Assembly: GCF_000297055.2 (NCBI RefSeq) | Contig: NC_022357.1 | Coordinates: 3,097,666 to 3,129,665, forward strand | Direction: 5' to 3' | From: Sulfuricella denitrificans skB26 | GTDB taxonomy: Bacteria; Pseudomonadota; Gammaproteobacteria; Burkholderiales; Sulfuricellaceae | Length of the DNA stretch: 32,000 nucleotides | Shown here: positions 1 to 11,676 of the stretch, in pieces | Position numbering within the stretch: the first letter of the stretch is position 1 | How the letters are laid out: each line of letters starts with the position of its first letter | The notes under the pieces: generated by a model | Seen by the model: the letters and a program-made list of their open reading frames with translations, nothing else | Told to the model about the DNA's origin: nothing | Database searches by the model: none | Made by a program: the position numbers and the translations under genes

Positions 1-1
1 T

Positions 2-3000
2 GCGGGCATACTGATCCAGGTTCCTGATGCATTTTTGCGGCTCTCCTGTTCCGCTCAGGGCGTGAATTTGCCCGAGGCCGGAGAATACGGAGTCGGCATG
101 ATCTTTCTGCCGCGCGATATTGCGGCGCGAGCCGCCTGCGAACACGCGATTGCCGAAAAAATCGCTGCGGAAGGTCAAATCTTGCTGGGCTGGCGCGATG
201 TGCCGGTGGACAACGCCAGCCTGGGTGAAAGCGTCAAGGCGGTAGAGCCAGTCGTACGCCAGGTATTCATCGGTCGAGGGGCGCAGTGCCCGGATGCCGA
301 CAGTTTCGAACGCAAACTATTTGTTATCCGCAAAACTGCGGAACATGCCGTGCGCAACCTGCCCAATGAACAGGGGGCAGGCTTCTATATCCCCTCCCTG
401 TCCGCGCGCACCATCGTTTACAAAGGCATGCTGCTGGCCAATCAGGTCGGCAAATATTACCTCGACCTGCAAAATGCAAGCGTGGTCAGCGCGCTGGCGC
501 TGGTCCACCAGCGCTTCTCCACCAACACTTTCCCCACCTGGGATCTTGCTCACCCTTTCCGCATGATCGCCCACAACGGCGAGATCAACACCATGCGCGG
601 CAACGTAAACTGGATGACGGCGCGCCATGCGGCGATGTCTTCAAAGTTGTTGGGCGAGGATCTGGAAAAACTCTGGCCATTGATCGTGGACGGCCAGTCT
701 GATTCGGCCTGCTTCGACAATGCTCTAGAACTACTGGTGGCGGGTGGCTACTCGCTTCCCCACGCGATGATGCTGCTGATCCCTGAAGCTTGGGCAGGCA
801 ACCCGCTGATGGACGAAGAGCGCCGTGCTTTTTACGAATACCACGCCGCCCTGATGGAACCATGGGACGGCCCTGCTGCCGTGGCTTTCACCGATGGCCG
901 CCTGATCGGCGCAACCCTGGATCGCAACGGTCTGCGTCCGGCACGCTACCTGATTACCGATGATGATATCGTGCTGATGGCGTCCGAAATGGGCGTGCTC
1001 GACATTCCGCAGCACAAGATCGTGAAAAAATGGCGCTTGCAGCCGGGCAAGATGTTCCTGATCGACCTGGAGGCAGGCCGTATTGTGGACGACGCCGAAC
1101 TGAAGCAGCAGCTCGCCACTGCCAAACCTTACCGCGAGTGGATCGAGAAATCGCGCTATTTCCTTGGCGATCTGCCTGGCGTAGACGGCAAGCCGGCGCT
1201 CCAGGAAACATTGCTCGATACCCAGCAAGCCTTCGGCTACACGCAGGAAGACCTCAAGTTTATCCTCGCACCCATGGCTGCGGCAGGCGAGGAAGCGACC
1301 GGCTCCATGGGCAACGATACTGCGTTGCCGGTGCTCTCCGACAAGAACAAATCGCTGTACGATTACTTTCAGCAACTGTTCGCCCAGGTAACCAACCCGC
1401 CGATCGATCCGATCCGCGAAGAAATCGTGATGTCGCTGACCTCGTTCATCGGACCAAAGCCCAATCTGCTCGGCATCGACGAGACTGATCCGCCGCTGCG
1501 CCTGGAAGTCCATCAACCGGTGTTGTCCAATGAGGATTTGGCGAAGCTGCGCGATATCGACCAGCTGACGCAGGGGCGCTACAAAACCCGGATACTGGAT
1601 ATCACTTATCCGGTTACTCAAGGTGCGGCAGGCTGCGAGGCAGCCATTGCGACCTTGTGTGAAGCTGCCGACGCGGCCGTGGCGGGAGGTTATAATGTGT
1701 TGATCCTGTCCGACCGGGCCATATCGCGTGACCGTGCAGCCATCCCGGCGCTGCTGGCTTGCGCAGGCGTGCACCATCACCTGGTTCGCGAAGGCCTGCG
1801 TACCAGCGCCGGTCTGGTAGTAGAAACAGGTTCTGCCCGCGAAACACATCACTTCGCCCTGCTCGCCGGCTATGGCGCAGAGGCGGTATGCCCCTGGCTG
1901 GCCTTTGAAACTGTTGATGCCCTGGCTGGCACCTTGCCCGCCGGACTGACCGGCAAAGAAGCCAACAAGCGCTATATCAAAGCGATCAACAAGGGCCTGT
2001 TGAAAGTCATGTCCAAAATGGGCATTTCCACTTACCAGTCCTATTGCGGCTCCCAGATTTTTGAGGCGGTCGGCCTGAACGCCGGCTTTATCGAACAGTA
2101 TTTCACCGGCACGCCAACCCAGATCGAAGGCATCGGCCTGAACGAAATCGCCGAAGAAACCGTACTCACCCACCAGTCCGCATTCGGCAACGATCCGGTG
2201 CTGTCCAACGCACTGGAAGCGGGCGGCGAATACGCCTACCGGGTGCGCGGCGAAGCCCATATGTGGACGCCGGACGTCATCGCCAAACTGCAACATGCCA
2301 CGCGTTCCAACAATGCTCAGACTTACAAAGAATATGCCAAGCTGATCAACGACCAGAGCGAGCATCTGAAGACTTTGCGCGGACTGTTCGAAATTAAGAC
2401 AGCCGGCGCGCCGGTGCCGCTGGATGAAGTTGAGCCGGCAAAAGAGATCGTCAAGCGCTTCGTCACCGGCGCGATGTCGCTCGGCTCGATTTCCACCGAG
2501 GCGCATACCACGCTGGCCATCGCGATGAACCGCATCGGCGGCAAGTCCAATACCGGCGAAGGCGGTGAAGACGCCGCTCGCTTCAGGGCAGTGAAGGACG
2601 GCGAAAAGCTCTCCGAGATTATCGGCAAGGGTCGTATTGAACGCGACCTGGTGATGAAAGAAGGCGATTCGCTGCGCTCCCGGATCAAGCAGGTGGCATC
2701 CGGTCGATTCGGCGTAACGGCAGAATACCTGTCCAGCGCCGACCAGATCCAGATCAAGATGGCGCAAGGCGCCAAGCCCGGCGAAGGCGGCCAGCTGCCC
2801 GGCCACAAGGTCTCCGAATACATCGCCCAGCTACGCTTCTCGGTCCCCGGCGTGGGCCTGATTTCCCCGCCGCCGCACCATGACATTTATTCGATCGAGG
2901 ATCTCGCGCAGCTGATCCATGATCTGAAAAATGCCAATCCCAGCGCGTCCATCTCGGTCAAGCTGGTCTCCGAAGTGGGCGTGGGCACAGTGGCAGCCGG

Positions 3001-4480
3001 TGTATCCAAAGCCAAGGCGGACCACATCGTGGTCGCCGGCTACGATGGCGGCACCGGCGCATCGCCGCTGTCTTCCATCAAGCACGCCGGCACCTCGTGG
3101 GAGCTCGGCTTGGCGGAAACCCAGCAGACCCTGGTGCTGAACCAGCTGCGCGGGCGCGTTGCCTTGCAGGTGGACGGGCAGCTCAAGACCGGTCGCGACG
3201 TGCTGATCGGCGCCTTGCTGGGCGCGGACGAATTCGGCTTCGCCACCGCGCCGCTGGTGGTGGAAGGTTGCATCATGATGCGCAAGTGCCACCTGAATAC
3301 CTGCCCGGTGGGCGTGGCAACTCAAGACCCCGTGCTGCGCAGGAAGTTCACCGGCCAGCCCGAGCATGTAGTGAATTACTTCTTCTTCGTCGCCGAGGAA
3401 GCGCGCGAACTCATGGCGCAGATGGGTATCCGCAAATTCGATGATCTGATCGGGCGCAGCGATCTGCTCGACATGAAGCAGGGCATCACGCACTGGAAAG
3501 CCAAAGGACTGGATTTCTCCAAGGTGTTCCATCAGCCCGCCATGCCGTCCAGTGTGGCGCGCCTCCACACTGAGACGCAGGATCACGGCTTGGACAAGGC
3601 ACTGGATCATCAGCTCATTGCACAGGCCAAAGCCGCTCTGGAAACCCAGCAACCGGTGGTAATAAGCAGTGTCATCGGCAACGTCAACCGCACCGCCGGC
3701 ACCATGTTGTCGCACGAGGTCGCGAAACGCTACGGTCACGCCGGACTGCCGGACGACACCATCACGGTGAAGCTGACCGGTACGGCAGGGCAAAGTTTTG
3801 GCGCCTTCCTCGCCCATGGCGTTACCTTCGAGTTGTCCGGCGAAGGCAATGACTATGTCGGCAAGGGTTTGTGCGGCGGACGCATCGTGGTGATGCCGCC
3901 CAAAGAATGCAAAATCGTGGCTGAAGAAAACATCATCGTCGGCAACACCGTACTGTACGGGGCGACCAGCGGCGAATGCTACTTCCGCGGCGTAGCGGGT
4001 GAGCGCTTCGCGGTGCGTAATTCTGGGGCCGTTGCCGTAGTGGAGGGCCTGGGTGACCACGGTTGCGAATATATGACTGGCGGCATGGTGATCGTACTGG
4101 GTCAGACCGGGCGTAATTTTGCGGCCGGCATGTCCGGTGGCGTTGCCTACGTGCTCGACGAGGACGGCAGCTTTGAACGTCGCTGCAATTTGTCCATGGT
4201 GCAGTTGGAGCCAATACCCGAAGAGGTGGCCGCCAGTGAAACCGGCGCACTGGAAGGGCATGGCAGGGTCCATTTCAACCCTCTCGGCAAAGCCGACGAA
4301 GCGGCGCTACGCGGAAAAATCGAGAAGCACCTGCGCTACACCGGCAGCGCGCGGGCGAAGGAAATTCTGGATAACTGGGCGCACTATCTGCCGAAATTCG
4401 TCAAGGTCATGCCTACCGAATATCGCCGCGCCTTGCAGGAAATCGCAACACAACAGGCCAAGTTGAAGGAGGTTGCATAA
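2..4480 (+). CDS. gltB: glutamate synthase large subunit, 5' end truncated by window edge
   Basis: The frame is open from nt 2 ([12 protein letters not shown]... precedes the tracked start at 35), so the N-terminus lies outside the window. GltB hallmarks are present: [29 protein letters not shown] (amidotransferase part), [17 protein letters not shown] (FMN/Fe-S part) and a Gly-rich C-terminal domain. The TAA stop at 4478-4480 abuts the gltD ATG. Confidence 0.95.
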   Translation, partial: AGILIQVPDAFLRLSCSAQGVNLPEAGEYGVGMIFLPRDIAARAACEHAIAEKIAAEGQILLGWRDVPVDNASLGESVKAVEPVVRQVFIGRGAQCPDADSFERKLFVIRKTAEHAVRNLPNEQGAGFYIPSLSARTIVYKGMLLANQVGKYYLDLQNASVVSALALVHQRFSTNTFPTWDLAHPFRMIAHNGEINTMRGNVNWMTARHAAMSSKLLGEDLEKLWPLIVDGQSDSACFDNALELLVAGGYSLPHAMMLLIPEAWAGNPLMDEERRAFYEYHAALMEPWDGPAAVAFTDGRLIGATLDRNGLRPARYLITDDDIVLMASEMGVLDIPQHKIVKKWRLQPGKMFLIDLEAGRIVDDAELKQQLATAKPYREWIEKSRYFLGDLPGVDGKPALQETLLDTQQAFGYTQEDLKFILAPMAAAGEEATGSMGNDTALPVLSDKNKSLYDYFQQLFAQVTNPPIDPIREEIVMSLTSFIGPKPNLLGIDETDPPLRLEVHQPVLSNEDLAKLRDIDQLTQGRYKTRILDITYPVTQGAAGCEAAIATLCEAADAAVAGGYNVLILSDRAISRDRAAIPALLACAGVHHHLVREGLRTSAGLVVETGSARETHHFALLAGYGAEAVCPWLAFETVDALAGTLPAGLTGKEANKRYIKAINKGLLKVMSKMGISTYQSYCGSQIFEAVGLNAGFIEQYFTGTPTQIEGIGLNEIAEETVLTHQSAFGNDPVLSNALEAGGEYAYRVRGEAHMWTPDVIAKLQHATRSNNAQTYKEYAKLINDQSEHLKTLRGLFEIKTAGAPVPLDEVEPAKEIVKRFVTGAMSLGSISTEAHTTLAIAMNRIGGKSNTGEGGEDAARFRAVKDGEKLSEIIGKGRIERDLVMKEGDSLRSRIKQVASGRFGVTAEYLSSADQIQIKMAQGAKPGEGGQLPGHKVSEYIAQLRFSVPGVGLISPPPHHDIYSIEDLAQLIHDLKNANPSASISVKLVSEVGVGTVAAGVSKAKADHIVVAGYDGGTGASPLSSIKHAGTSWELGLAETQQTLVLNQLRGRVALQVDGQLKTGRDVLIGALLGADEFGFATAPLVVEGCIMMRKCHLNTCPVGVATQDPVLRRKFTGQPEHVVNYFFFVAEEARELMAQMGIRKFDDLIGRSDLLDMKQGITHWKAKGLDFSKVFHQPAMPSSVARLHTETQDHGLDKALDHQLIAQAKAALETQQPVVISSVIGNVNRTAGTMLSHEVAKRYGHAGLPDDTITVKLTGTAGQSFGAFLAHGVTFELSGEGNDYVGKGLCGGRIVVMPPKECKIVAEENIIVGNTVLYGATSGECYFRGVAGERFAVRNSGAVAVVEGLGDHGCEYMTGGMVIVLGQTGRNFAAGMSGGVAYVLDEDGSFERRCNLSMVQLEPIPEEVAASETGALEGHGRVHFNPLGKADEAALRGKIEKHLRYTGSARAKEILDNWAHYLPKFVKVMPTEYRRALQEIATQQAKLKEVA

Positions 4481-5908
4481 ATGGGCAAGCCTACCGGATT
4501 CATGGAATTGCGCCGCCTGAACGAGGTGAGCCTTCCCGTCGCGGAGCGCCTGAAGAACTACCGCGAATTCGTTCAGCCCCTGGCCGACGAACAAGCCGCC
4601 ATACAGGGAGCACGCTGCATGGACTGCGGCATTCCTTTCTGTACCAGCGGCTGCCCCGTCAACAACATCATTCCGGACTGGAATGACCTGGTGTACCGGG
4701 GCAACTGGAAGCAGGCCCTCGACGTGCTGCATTCCACCAACAACTTTCCCGAGTTCACCGGCCGCGTTTGCCCGGCACCCTGCGAGGCTGCGTGTACGCT
4801 GAACATCAACGATGATGCGGTGGGCATCAAGTCGATCGAGCACGCGATTATCGACAAGGGCTGGGAGCAAGGCTGGGTCGTACCACTGCCGGCACAGAAG
4901 AAGACCGGCAAGAAGGTCGCGATTGTCGGCTCCGGCCCCGCCGGGCTAGCCTGCGCGCAGCAACTGGCACGGGCCGGACATGACGTGGTGGTGTTCGAAA
5001 AGAACGACCGCATCGGTGGACTGTTACGTTATGGCATCCCCGATTTCAAATTCGAGAAGTCACACATCGACCGCCGCATCGAACAGATGCGCGCAGAGGG
5101 AGTCGAATTCCGCGTCAATCAACAGGTCGGCGAGGATGTGCCGGCACAAAAACTGAAGGACGAGTTCAACGCCGTGGTTCTGACCGGCGGTGCGGAACAA
5201 GCCCGTGATTTACCGGCACCAGGACGGGAACTGTCGGGCGTCCATTTCGCCATGGAGTTCCTGCCGCAGCAGAATAAGGTGGTTGCCGGCGATGTGCTGC
5301 CTCAACAGATATCGGCCTCCGGCAAACATGTCGTAGTGATCGGCGGCGGCGATACGGGCTCCGACTGCGTGGGCACCTCGATCCGCCAGGGAGCGGCTTC
5401 GGTAACCCAGATCGAAGTGATGCCGCGTCCTGCCGAACAGGAAAACAAAGCGCTGACCTGGCCCAACTGGCCACTCAAGCTGCGCACTTCCAGTTCTCAG
5501 GAAGAAGGCTGCACGCGCGATTGGTCGGTCACCACCAAGGCATTCCTCGGCGCCAATGGCAAGGTCGAAAAACTGAGCTGCGTGCGCGTGGAATGGAATG
5601 CCGGCAAGATGGTTGAAATGCCCGGCAGCGAATTCGAAATTCAGGCCGATCTGGTGCTGCTGGCGATGGGATTCGTCAGCCCGGTGCAAAAAGTTCTGGA
5701 TGCCTTTGGTGTGGAAAAGGACGGCCGCGGCAATGCCAAGGCCGCGACGGATGGTGCGGGCTGCTACAAAACTTCGGCGGACAAGGTATTCGCTGCCGGC
5801 GATATGCGCCGCGGCCAATCGTTGATAGTGTGGGCCATACGCGAAGGCCGCCAAGCTGCACGTGCCGTCGATGAAACCCTGATGGGCTTTTCCGATTTAC
5901 CCCGATAA
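4481..5908 (+). CDS. gltD: glutamate synthase small subunit (NADPH-dependent)
   Basis: 475-aa ORF starting at the ATG right after the gltB stop. It has Cys clusters ([24 protein letters not shown]) and dinucleotide-binding motifs ([24 protein letters not shown]). Confidence 0.93.
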   Translation: MGKPTGFMELRRLNEVSLPVAERLKNYREFVQPLADEQAAIQGARCMDCGIPFCTSGCPVNNIIPDWNDLVYRGNWKQALDVLHSTNNFPEFTGRVCPAPCEAACTLNINDDAVGIKSIEHAIIDKGWEQGWVVPLPAQKKTGKKVAIVGSGPAGLACAQQLARAGHDVVVFEKNDRIGGLLRYGIPDFKFEKSHIDRRIEQMRAEGVEFRVNQQVGEDVPAQKLKDEFNAVVLTGGAEQARDLPAPGRELSGVHFAMEFLPQQNKVVAGDVLPQQISASGKHVVVIGGGDTGSDCVGTSIRQGAASVTQIEVMPRPAEQENKALTWPNWPLKLRTSSSQEEGCTRDWSVTTKAFLGANGKVEKLSCVRVEWNAGKMVEMPGSEFEIQADLVLLAMGFVSPVQKVLDAFGVEKDGRGNAKAATDGAGCYKTSADKVFAAGDMRRGQSLIVWAIREGRQAARAVDETLMGFSDLPR

Positions 5909-5961
5909 TTTTACCCCCCTCGTCCGCAAGTGAGCGAGGGGTTGGGAAAGAGGGTTATAAA

Positions 5962-7029
5962 ATGAGCAATAAACTAAAAAACGATACCTTCCTGCGCGCC
6001 TTGTTGCGCCAACCAACCGAATACACCCCGGTATGGATGATGCGGCAAGCCGGCCGCTATCTACCGGAATACAATCAGACGCGTGGCAGAGCGGGTGATT
6101 TCCTGTCTTTATGCAAGAACCCCAACCTCGCCACCGAAGTTACGATGCAGCCGCTGGCACGCTTCCCGCTCGACGCCGCCATCCTGTTTTCAGACATTCT
6201 CACCATTCCTGACGCCATGGGCCTGGGTCTTTATTTCAGCACCGGCGAAGGACCAAAATTCGAGCGCCCGCTGCGCGACGAATGGGAAATTCGCGACTTG
6301 GCCGTACCTGACCCAAACGTACATCTGCGCTATGTGATGGATGCCGTAAGCCAGATCCGCAAAACACTCAACAACGAAGTGCCGTTGATCGGCTTTGCCG
6401 GCAGCCCGTTCACGCTGGCCTGCTACATGGTCGAAGGCGGCAGCAGCTCGGATTTTGCTTTGGTCAAGACTATGCTCTACCAGCGCCCTGAGCTGCTTCA
6501 TCACATCCTCGACATCAACGCCCGCGCCGTGACCAGCTATCTGAATGCGCAGATCGAAGCCGGCGCGCAGGCCGTGATGATTTTCGACTCCTGGGGTGGG
6601 GCGCTGTCCCACGCTGCTTACCATGAATTCTCCCTGCCCTATATGGAGCAGATCGTCAGCGGACTGATCCGTGAACATAATGGCGCCACCATCCCCAATA
6701 TCATCTTCACCAAGGGCGGCGGACTGTGGCTGGAAAGCATCGCCGCTACCGGTTGCAACGCGGTCGGGCTGGACTGGGCTATCGACATCGGCCAGGCGCG
6801 TGCCCGTATCGGTGACAAGGTCGGGCTGCAGGGCAACCTTGATCCGGCAGTATTGTTCAGCAACCCCGATGCCATCCGCGCCGAAGTGGGCAAAGTCCTG
6901 CACAGCTATGGCAAGGGCAGCGGCCACGTATTCAATCTGGGGCATGGCATTTCGCAGTTCACCAATCCTGAAAATGCCGCCGCCATGGTCGAAGCGGTGC
7001 ACGAACTGAGCAAGCCGTACCACGCGTAG
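5962..7029 (+). CDS. hemE: uroporphyrinogen decarboxylase
   Basis: 355-aa ORF with an AGAGGG Shine-Dalgarno upstream. The N-terminal [15 protein letters not shown] motif is typical of HemE. Confidence 0.93.
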   Translation: MSNKLKNDTFLRALLRQPTEYTPVWMMRQAGRYLPEYNQTRGRAGDFLSLCKNPNLATEVTMQPLARFPLDAAILFSDILTIPDAMGLGLYFSTGEGPKFERPLRDEWEIRDLAVPDPNVHLRYVMDAVSQIRKTLNNEVPLIGFAGSPFTLACYMVEGGSSSDFALVKTMLYQRPELLHHILDINARAVTSYLNAQIEAGAQAVMIFDSWGGALSHAAYHEFSLPYMEQIVSGLIREHNGATIPNIIFTKGGGLWLESIAATGCNAVGLDWAIDIGQARARIGDKVGLQGNLDPAVLFSNPDAIRAEVGKVLHSYGKGSGHVFNLGHGISQFTNPENAAAMVEAVHELSKPYHA

Positions 7030-7054
7030 CCGCCCAAAATATGTGACGTCTGGC

Positions 7055-9238
7055 ATGAAGATTCTTCGTGTCGCACTGGATGTCCCGCTCGACACCCTGT
7101 TTGATTATTCCGCAGCAGATCAGGGCGAGATCGCCATCGGCGACCGGGTTCTGGTTTCATTCGGTCGACGTCAGATGGTCGGCGTGGTCGCCGAAATTAC
7201 TGACCACTCCAATTTGGCACCGGGGCGCATCAAGCCGGTGCTTCAGGTCTTTCGCGACTCACCGCCCCTTTCAGGAGAAATATTCCGGCTGCTGCGCTTC
7301 TGCGCCGACTACTATCACCATCCTTTGGGTGAAGTCGTTCTCAACGCCCTGCCCGTCCCCCTGCGCCAGACCAAGCCGGTTGCGCGCGCCAAACCGACCG
7401 GCTACCACCTGACCGAGACGGGTCTCGCACTCGAAACCGATACCTTGCCCGCCCGCGCCATCGTCAAGCGCAAGCTGCTGCAAAGTCTGAAGCAAGCCGG
7501 CACGCTTCTGCGCAGCGATATTGCCGCTATTTCCCCGAGCGCCCCGCAAGCCATCAAGGAATTTATTGCGCGGGGGTGGGCTGAAGAAAGCGAGGAAATA
7601 GCCGAGCCTGCACCCACACCGGCCAAGGCGGACGATCTGCCGCCCCTGACACCACCGCAGGAACAAGCCGTCACCGCCATTCTGTCCGGCCAGGATCATT
7701 TTCAGGTCTGGCTGCTGTACGGCATCACCGGCAGCGGCAAAACGGAAGTCTATTTGCGGGTCATCGCACAGGTTTTGCAGCACGGCGGGCAGGCCTTGGT
7801 GCTGGTGCCGGAAATCAACCTCACGCCACAGTTGGAATCGCGCTTTCGCGCCCGCTTCCCGGATACCTGCCAGGTCAGCCTCCACAGCCGCCTCTCCGCC
7901 GGGGAGCGTCTGCGCAATTGGTCGCTGGCGCAGTCTGGCCGCGCCCGAATCGTACTGGGCACCCGCCTGGCCCTGTTCACGCCAATGCCGAAACTGAAGC
8001 TGATCGTGGTGGACGAAGAGCACGACGGCTCGTTCAAGCAGCAGGATGGGCTTCGCTATTCTGCGCGCGATATGGCCGTCGCACGCGGCAAACAGGCCGG
8101 CACGCCAGTGATACTCGGCTCGGCCACGCCCGCGCTGGAAACCTGGTACAACGCCGGCATCGGCCGCTACCAAAAGCTGGAACTGCCGGCACGCGCCATC
8201 GCGGAAGCCGCGTTGCCGGCCATTCACTGCATCGATATCAGTCGCGCCAAGCTGGCCGATGGCCTGTCTGACTCCTTGATCGATGCGCTGCGAGCACGCC
8301 TGGAGCGCGGCGAGCAAAGCCTGATTTTCATCAACCGTCGCGGCTATGCCCCGGTGATGCGCTGTGCCCAGTGTGGATGGGTCTCCACCTGCCACCGTTG
8401 TTCCAGCCGATTAGTCGTTCACCTGCGCGAGAAACGCCTGCGCTGCCATCATTGTGGCCACGAATCTCGCATTCCTCCCACCTGCCCGGATTGCGGCAAT
8501 GCCGACCTGGCGCCTCTCGGCCAAGGCACACAACGGCTGGAGGATAACTTGGGCAGTCTGTTTCCCAGCGCCCGCATCCTGCGCGTCGACCGCGACAGCA
8601 CCAAGCGCAAGCAGGCCTTGCCCGAAATGCTTGAGCGCATCCATGCGGCGGAGGTGGATATCGTAATCGGTACCCAGCTGCTGGCGAAAGGCCACGACTT
8701 CAAGAAACTCACCCTGGTCGGCGTGGTGAACGCGGACGGCGCACTGTACAGCGCCGATTTCCGCGCCTCGGAGCGGCTCTTCGCGCAGCTTATGCAGGTC
8801 TCGGGGCGCGCCGGGCGCGACGCCCTCCCCGGCATCGTGCTGATCCAGACCCAATTCCCAACCCACCCCCTGTTCCAAGCGCTGATCAAGCACGACTATC
8901 CGGGTTTTGCCGAAACCCTGTTGACCGAGCGCAAGCAGGCTGAATTCCCGCCCTTTTGCCACCAGGCCCTGCTGCGTGCCGAAGCACCGCAAATGGAAAC
9001 TGCCTTGGCGTTCCTGCGCAAAGCGCAGGGAGTTGTTCCCCAAGATTTCGACGTCAATCTGTTCGATCCAGTGCCGGCCCAGATGACTCGCCTGGCCGGC
9101 ATGGAGCGTGCGCACCTGCTGGTTCAGGCCGCATCCAGAGGCGCTTTGCAGGCTTTTCTTAGCGCCTGGAATAAAGCGCTGTTCGGCTTGGGCGGGAATG
9201 TCCGCTGGTCTCTGGATGTCGACCCTCTGGAGTTTTAG
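7055..9238 (+). CDS. priA: primosomal replication restart helicase PriA
   Basis: Walker A GITGSGKTEV, DEEH box VVDEEHDGS and the Cys-rich zinc region CAQCGW..CHRC..CHHCG..CPDCG. I moved the start from the tracked GTG at 7043 to the ATG at 7055 (MKILRVALDVPL...). Confidence 0.9.
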   Translation: MKILRVALDVPLDTLFDYSAADQGEIAIGDRVLVSFGRRQMVGVVAEITDHSNLAPGRIKPVLQVFRDSPPLSGEIFRLLRFCADYYHHPLGEVVLNALPVPLRQTKPVARAKPTGYHLTETGLALETDTLPARAIVKRKLLQSLKQAGTLLRSDIAAISPSAPQAIKEFIARGWAEESEEIAEPAPTPAKADDLPPLTPPQEQAVTAILSGQDHFQVWLLYGITGSGKTEVYLRVIAQVLQHGGQALVLVPEINLTPQLESRFRARFPDTCQVSLHSRLSAGERLRNWSLAQSGRARIVLGTRLALFTPMPKLKLIVVDEEHDGSFKQQDGLRYSARDMAVARGKQAGTPVILGSATPALETWYNAGIGRYQKLELPARAIAEAALPAIHCIDISRAKLADGLSDSLIDALRARLERGEQSLIFINRRGYAPVMRCAQCGWVSTCHRCSSRLVVHLREKRLRCHHCGHESRIPPTCPDCGNADLAPLGQGTQRLEDNLGSLFPSARILRVDRDSTKRKQALPEMLERIHAAEVDIVIGTQLLAKGHDFKKLTLVGVVNADGALYSADFRASERLFAQLMQVSGRAGRDALPGIVLIQTQFPTHPLFQALIKHDYPGFAETLLTERKQAEFPPFCHQALLRAEAPQMETALAFLRKAQGVVPQDFDVNLFDPVPAQMTRLAGMERAHLLVQAASRGALQAFLSAWNKALFGLGGNVRWSLDVDPLEF

Positions 9239-9292
9239 TGCAGCACGAGCGAATAGCCGTTAAAATGGCTGTTTTACGCAAGAGTTATCGCT

Positions 9293-11015
9293 TTGAAACA
9301 TCATCTTTCCGAACTATTTGCCCAAGCCCTGAAAGAAGTCGCGCCGGAACACGCCGGTACCGCTTTCGAAATCACACGCCCCAAGCAGGCGCAACATGGC
9401 GATTTTGCCTGCAATCTGGCGATGCAGCTGGCGCGTCCGTTGCGCGGCAATCCGCGGGAAATCGCAACCAGGCTGCTGAGTGCTCTACCCGCCTCGCCTT
9501 TTGTGGAAAAAAACCGAAATTGCCGGCGCCGGCTTCATCAACCTTTTTTTGACTTCAGCTGCCAAGCAACAGGTCATCAAGCTGGTTCTGGCGCAGGGAT
9601 CAAATTTTGGCTGCAGCACCCTGGGACAAGGACTCAAAGTTCAGGTCGAATTCGTTTCCGCCAACCCCACCGGCCCGCTGCATGTCGGCCATGGACGAGG
9701 CGCGGCGTTTGGCATGAGCCTCGCGAATGTGCTTGGCGCTGCCGGATATAAAGTTGCCCGCGAGTATTACGTCAACGATGCCGGTCGGCAGATGGATATC
9801 CTGGCACTCTCCACCTGGCTGCGCTATCTGGAACTGAATGGCGTGCACGTCGCCTTCCCGGCCAATGCCTATCAGGGCGGCTACGTGCGCGACATGGCAG
9901 GCCTGATCCAGGAAGCCCACGGTGATCGTTACCTGCACCAGCCGGGTCCTATTCTGGAGAGCGTTCCCGCCCATGAGGAGGATGCCGATGGCCACCTCGA
10001 TGCTTTGATCGCCAATGCCAAGAAGCTGCTTGGCGAGGGTTATGCCTATATCCACAACATTGCGCTGACCGAGCAGCTGGAGGATTGCCGCAACGACCTG
10101 ACCGAATTCGGCGTTACTTTCGACTCTTGGTTCTCGGAAAAATCGCTATTCGACACCGGACTGGTGGATCGCGCCGTCGCCGACCTGGAAAAGCATGGCC
10201 ATATTTACCTGCAGGACGGCGCAAAGTGGTTCCGCTCCACCCACTTCGGTGACGAGAAAGACCGCGTGGTACAGCGCGAGAATGGCCTTTACACCTATTT
10301 CGCCTCTGATATCGCCTATCACCTGAACAAATATGAACGCGGCTTCGACCGCGTCGTTAATGTCTGGGGTGCGGACCACCATGGCTACATTGCCCGCGTT
10401 AAAGGTGCACTGACCGCACTGGAACTGGATGCCGAGCGACTAGTTATCGCCCTGGTTCAGTTCGCCGTGCTCTGGCGCGGCGCGGAAAAATTGCCGATGT
10501 CCACGCGTAGCGGCAACTTCGTCACCTTGCGCGAATTGCGCGAGGAAGTCGGTAACGATGCCGCGCGGTTTTTTTACGTACTGCGCAAAAGCGACCAGCA
10601 CCTCGACTTCGATCTGGAACTGGCTAAATCGCAGAGCAACGAGAACCCCGTGTATTACATCCAGTATGCGCACGCCCGAATCTGCAGTGTACTGGGGCAA
10701 TGGGGGGGCAACGCAGCAGAACTGGCCGATGTGGAAACCGGAGTCTTGGGCGGCAAGCACGAGCTTGCCCTGATGAACCTGCTGAACGACTATTCGGGTA
10801 TTGTAGAAAGCGCGGCCAGGGAACTTTCTCCCCACCTGATCGCCTATTACCTCAAGGAACTGGCTGGAGAGTTTCACAGTTACTATAATGCGGAGCAGTT
10901 CCTGGTTCCGGACAACGGTTTGCGACTAGCTCGTCTGGCGCTGATTACCTCCGTCCGGCAAGTGTTGCGTAACGGGTTGGCGCTACTTGGCGTTGGCAGC
11001 CCAGAAAAAATGTAG
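9293..11015 (+). CDS. argS: arginine--tRNA ligase, reading frame broken by one extra A in an A7 run (9507-9513)
   Basis: The N-terminal 73 codons (TTG start 9293, ...HGDFACNLAMQLA...LSALPASPFVEK) are in one frame. The remainder (TEIAGAGFINLFL..., HIGH-type motif ANPTGPLHVGHGRG, ...MSTRSG...) is in the +1 frame tracked as ORF 9480-11015. Deleting one A restores VEK-TEIAGAGFINLF. Confidence 0.9.
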
Positions 11016-11028
11016 ATTTGGTCACTTT

Positions 11029-11643
11029 ATGAGCCGCGATTACAAAAAAACCGACCGTTCTTCCTCCAGAAAAGAGGGTAGCCCGTTATTTATGGGCGTT
11101 CTAATCGGGCTGATCGTCGGTCTCGCCGTAGCGATTGGTGTTGCTCTTTACATTAACTTCAGCCCCAAGCCCTTCGCCAGCCGAGACAAACAGCCTGAGG
11201 CATCTACATCCACCAAGGCAGCGACAAAAAACGACACCGCCGCGCAAGATACTGCGCCACCCGATGTGGCAGGCAAAAATGGCAAGTCTTCCGACAAGCC
11301 CCGGTTTGATTTCTATACGATCCTGCCTGGCAGCGAGGCGCCGGTGTCAGAACAGGAAATCAAGCAAGCCACCAAGCAGGAAGGGGTCGCCAAAGACAGC
11401 TATTTTCTTCAGGTCGGTTCTTTTCAAGCGGCAACCGAAGCTGACAACATGAAGGCGCGTCTCGCCCTCCTCGGCCTGGAAGCGGTCATCCAAACGGCGG
11501 ACATTCCCGACAAGGGAGTCTGGCACCGGGTACGCATTGGGCCTTTTGCCAACATCGAAGACATGAGCCGCTCTCGCACCCTGCTCACGCAGAACGACAT
11601 TGCCTCCAGTCTGGTCAAGATCAAAGAACCGTCGACACATTAA
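11029..11643 (+). CDS. SPOR-domain (peptidoglycan-binding, FtsN/DedD-like) membrane protein
   Basis: Start taken at the ATG at 11029, after the argS stop. It has one N-terminal TM helix (LFMGVLIGLIVGLAVAIGVALYI), a low-complexity linker and a C-terminal SPOR-like segment YFLQVGSFQAATEADNMKARLALLGLEAVIQ...WHRVRIGPF. Confidence 0.8.
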   Translation: MSRDYKKTDRSSSRKEGSPLFMGVLIGLIVGLAVAIGVALYINFSPKPFASRDKQPEASTSTKAATKNDTAAQDTAPPDVAGKNGKSSDKPRFDFYTILPGSEAPVSEQEIKQATKQEGVAKDSYFLQVGSFQAATEADNMKARLALLGLEAVIQTADIPDKGVWHRVRIGPFANIEDMSRSRTLLTQNDIASSLVKIKEPSTH

Positions 11644-11676
11644 CTCACTGAAATTATTTATTCCGGAGTAGACAAC

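Noticed and set aside
731-4273. Very long minus-strand ORFs (691 aa at 731-2806, 480 aa at 2831-4273) opposite gltB
   Set aside because: They lie entirely antisense to a clearly genuine, motif-rich gltB. Their products are Arg/Ala/Gly/His-rich and low in complexity, which is typical of shadow ORFs in GC-rich coding DNA.
5916-5941. Hairpin after gltD (CCCCTCG, 12-nt loop, CGAGGGG) considered as a terminator
   Set aside because: It is followed by TTGGGAAAG rather than a U-run and the loop is large. It could be a weak or Rho-assisted signal, but the sequence alone does not support calling it an intrinsic terminator.
6190-8395. Minus-strand ORFs of 301 aa (6190-7095) and 374 aa (7271-8395) opposite hemE and priA, and likewise the plus-strand 240-aa ORF at 30273-30995 opposite yidC/mnmE
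   Set aside because: They are antisense shadows of well-supported genes, with no recognisable motifs.
9254-9276. Small hairpin AGCCG-ttaaaa-TGGCT plus GTTTTA after priA, considered as a terminator
   Set aside because: It has only about 5 bp including a G-U pair and a short U-run, which is too weak to call.
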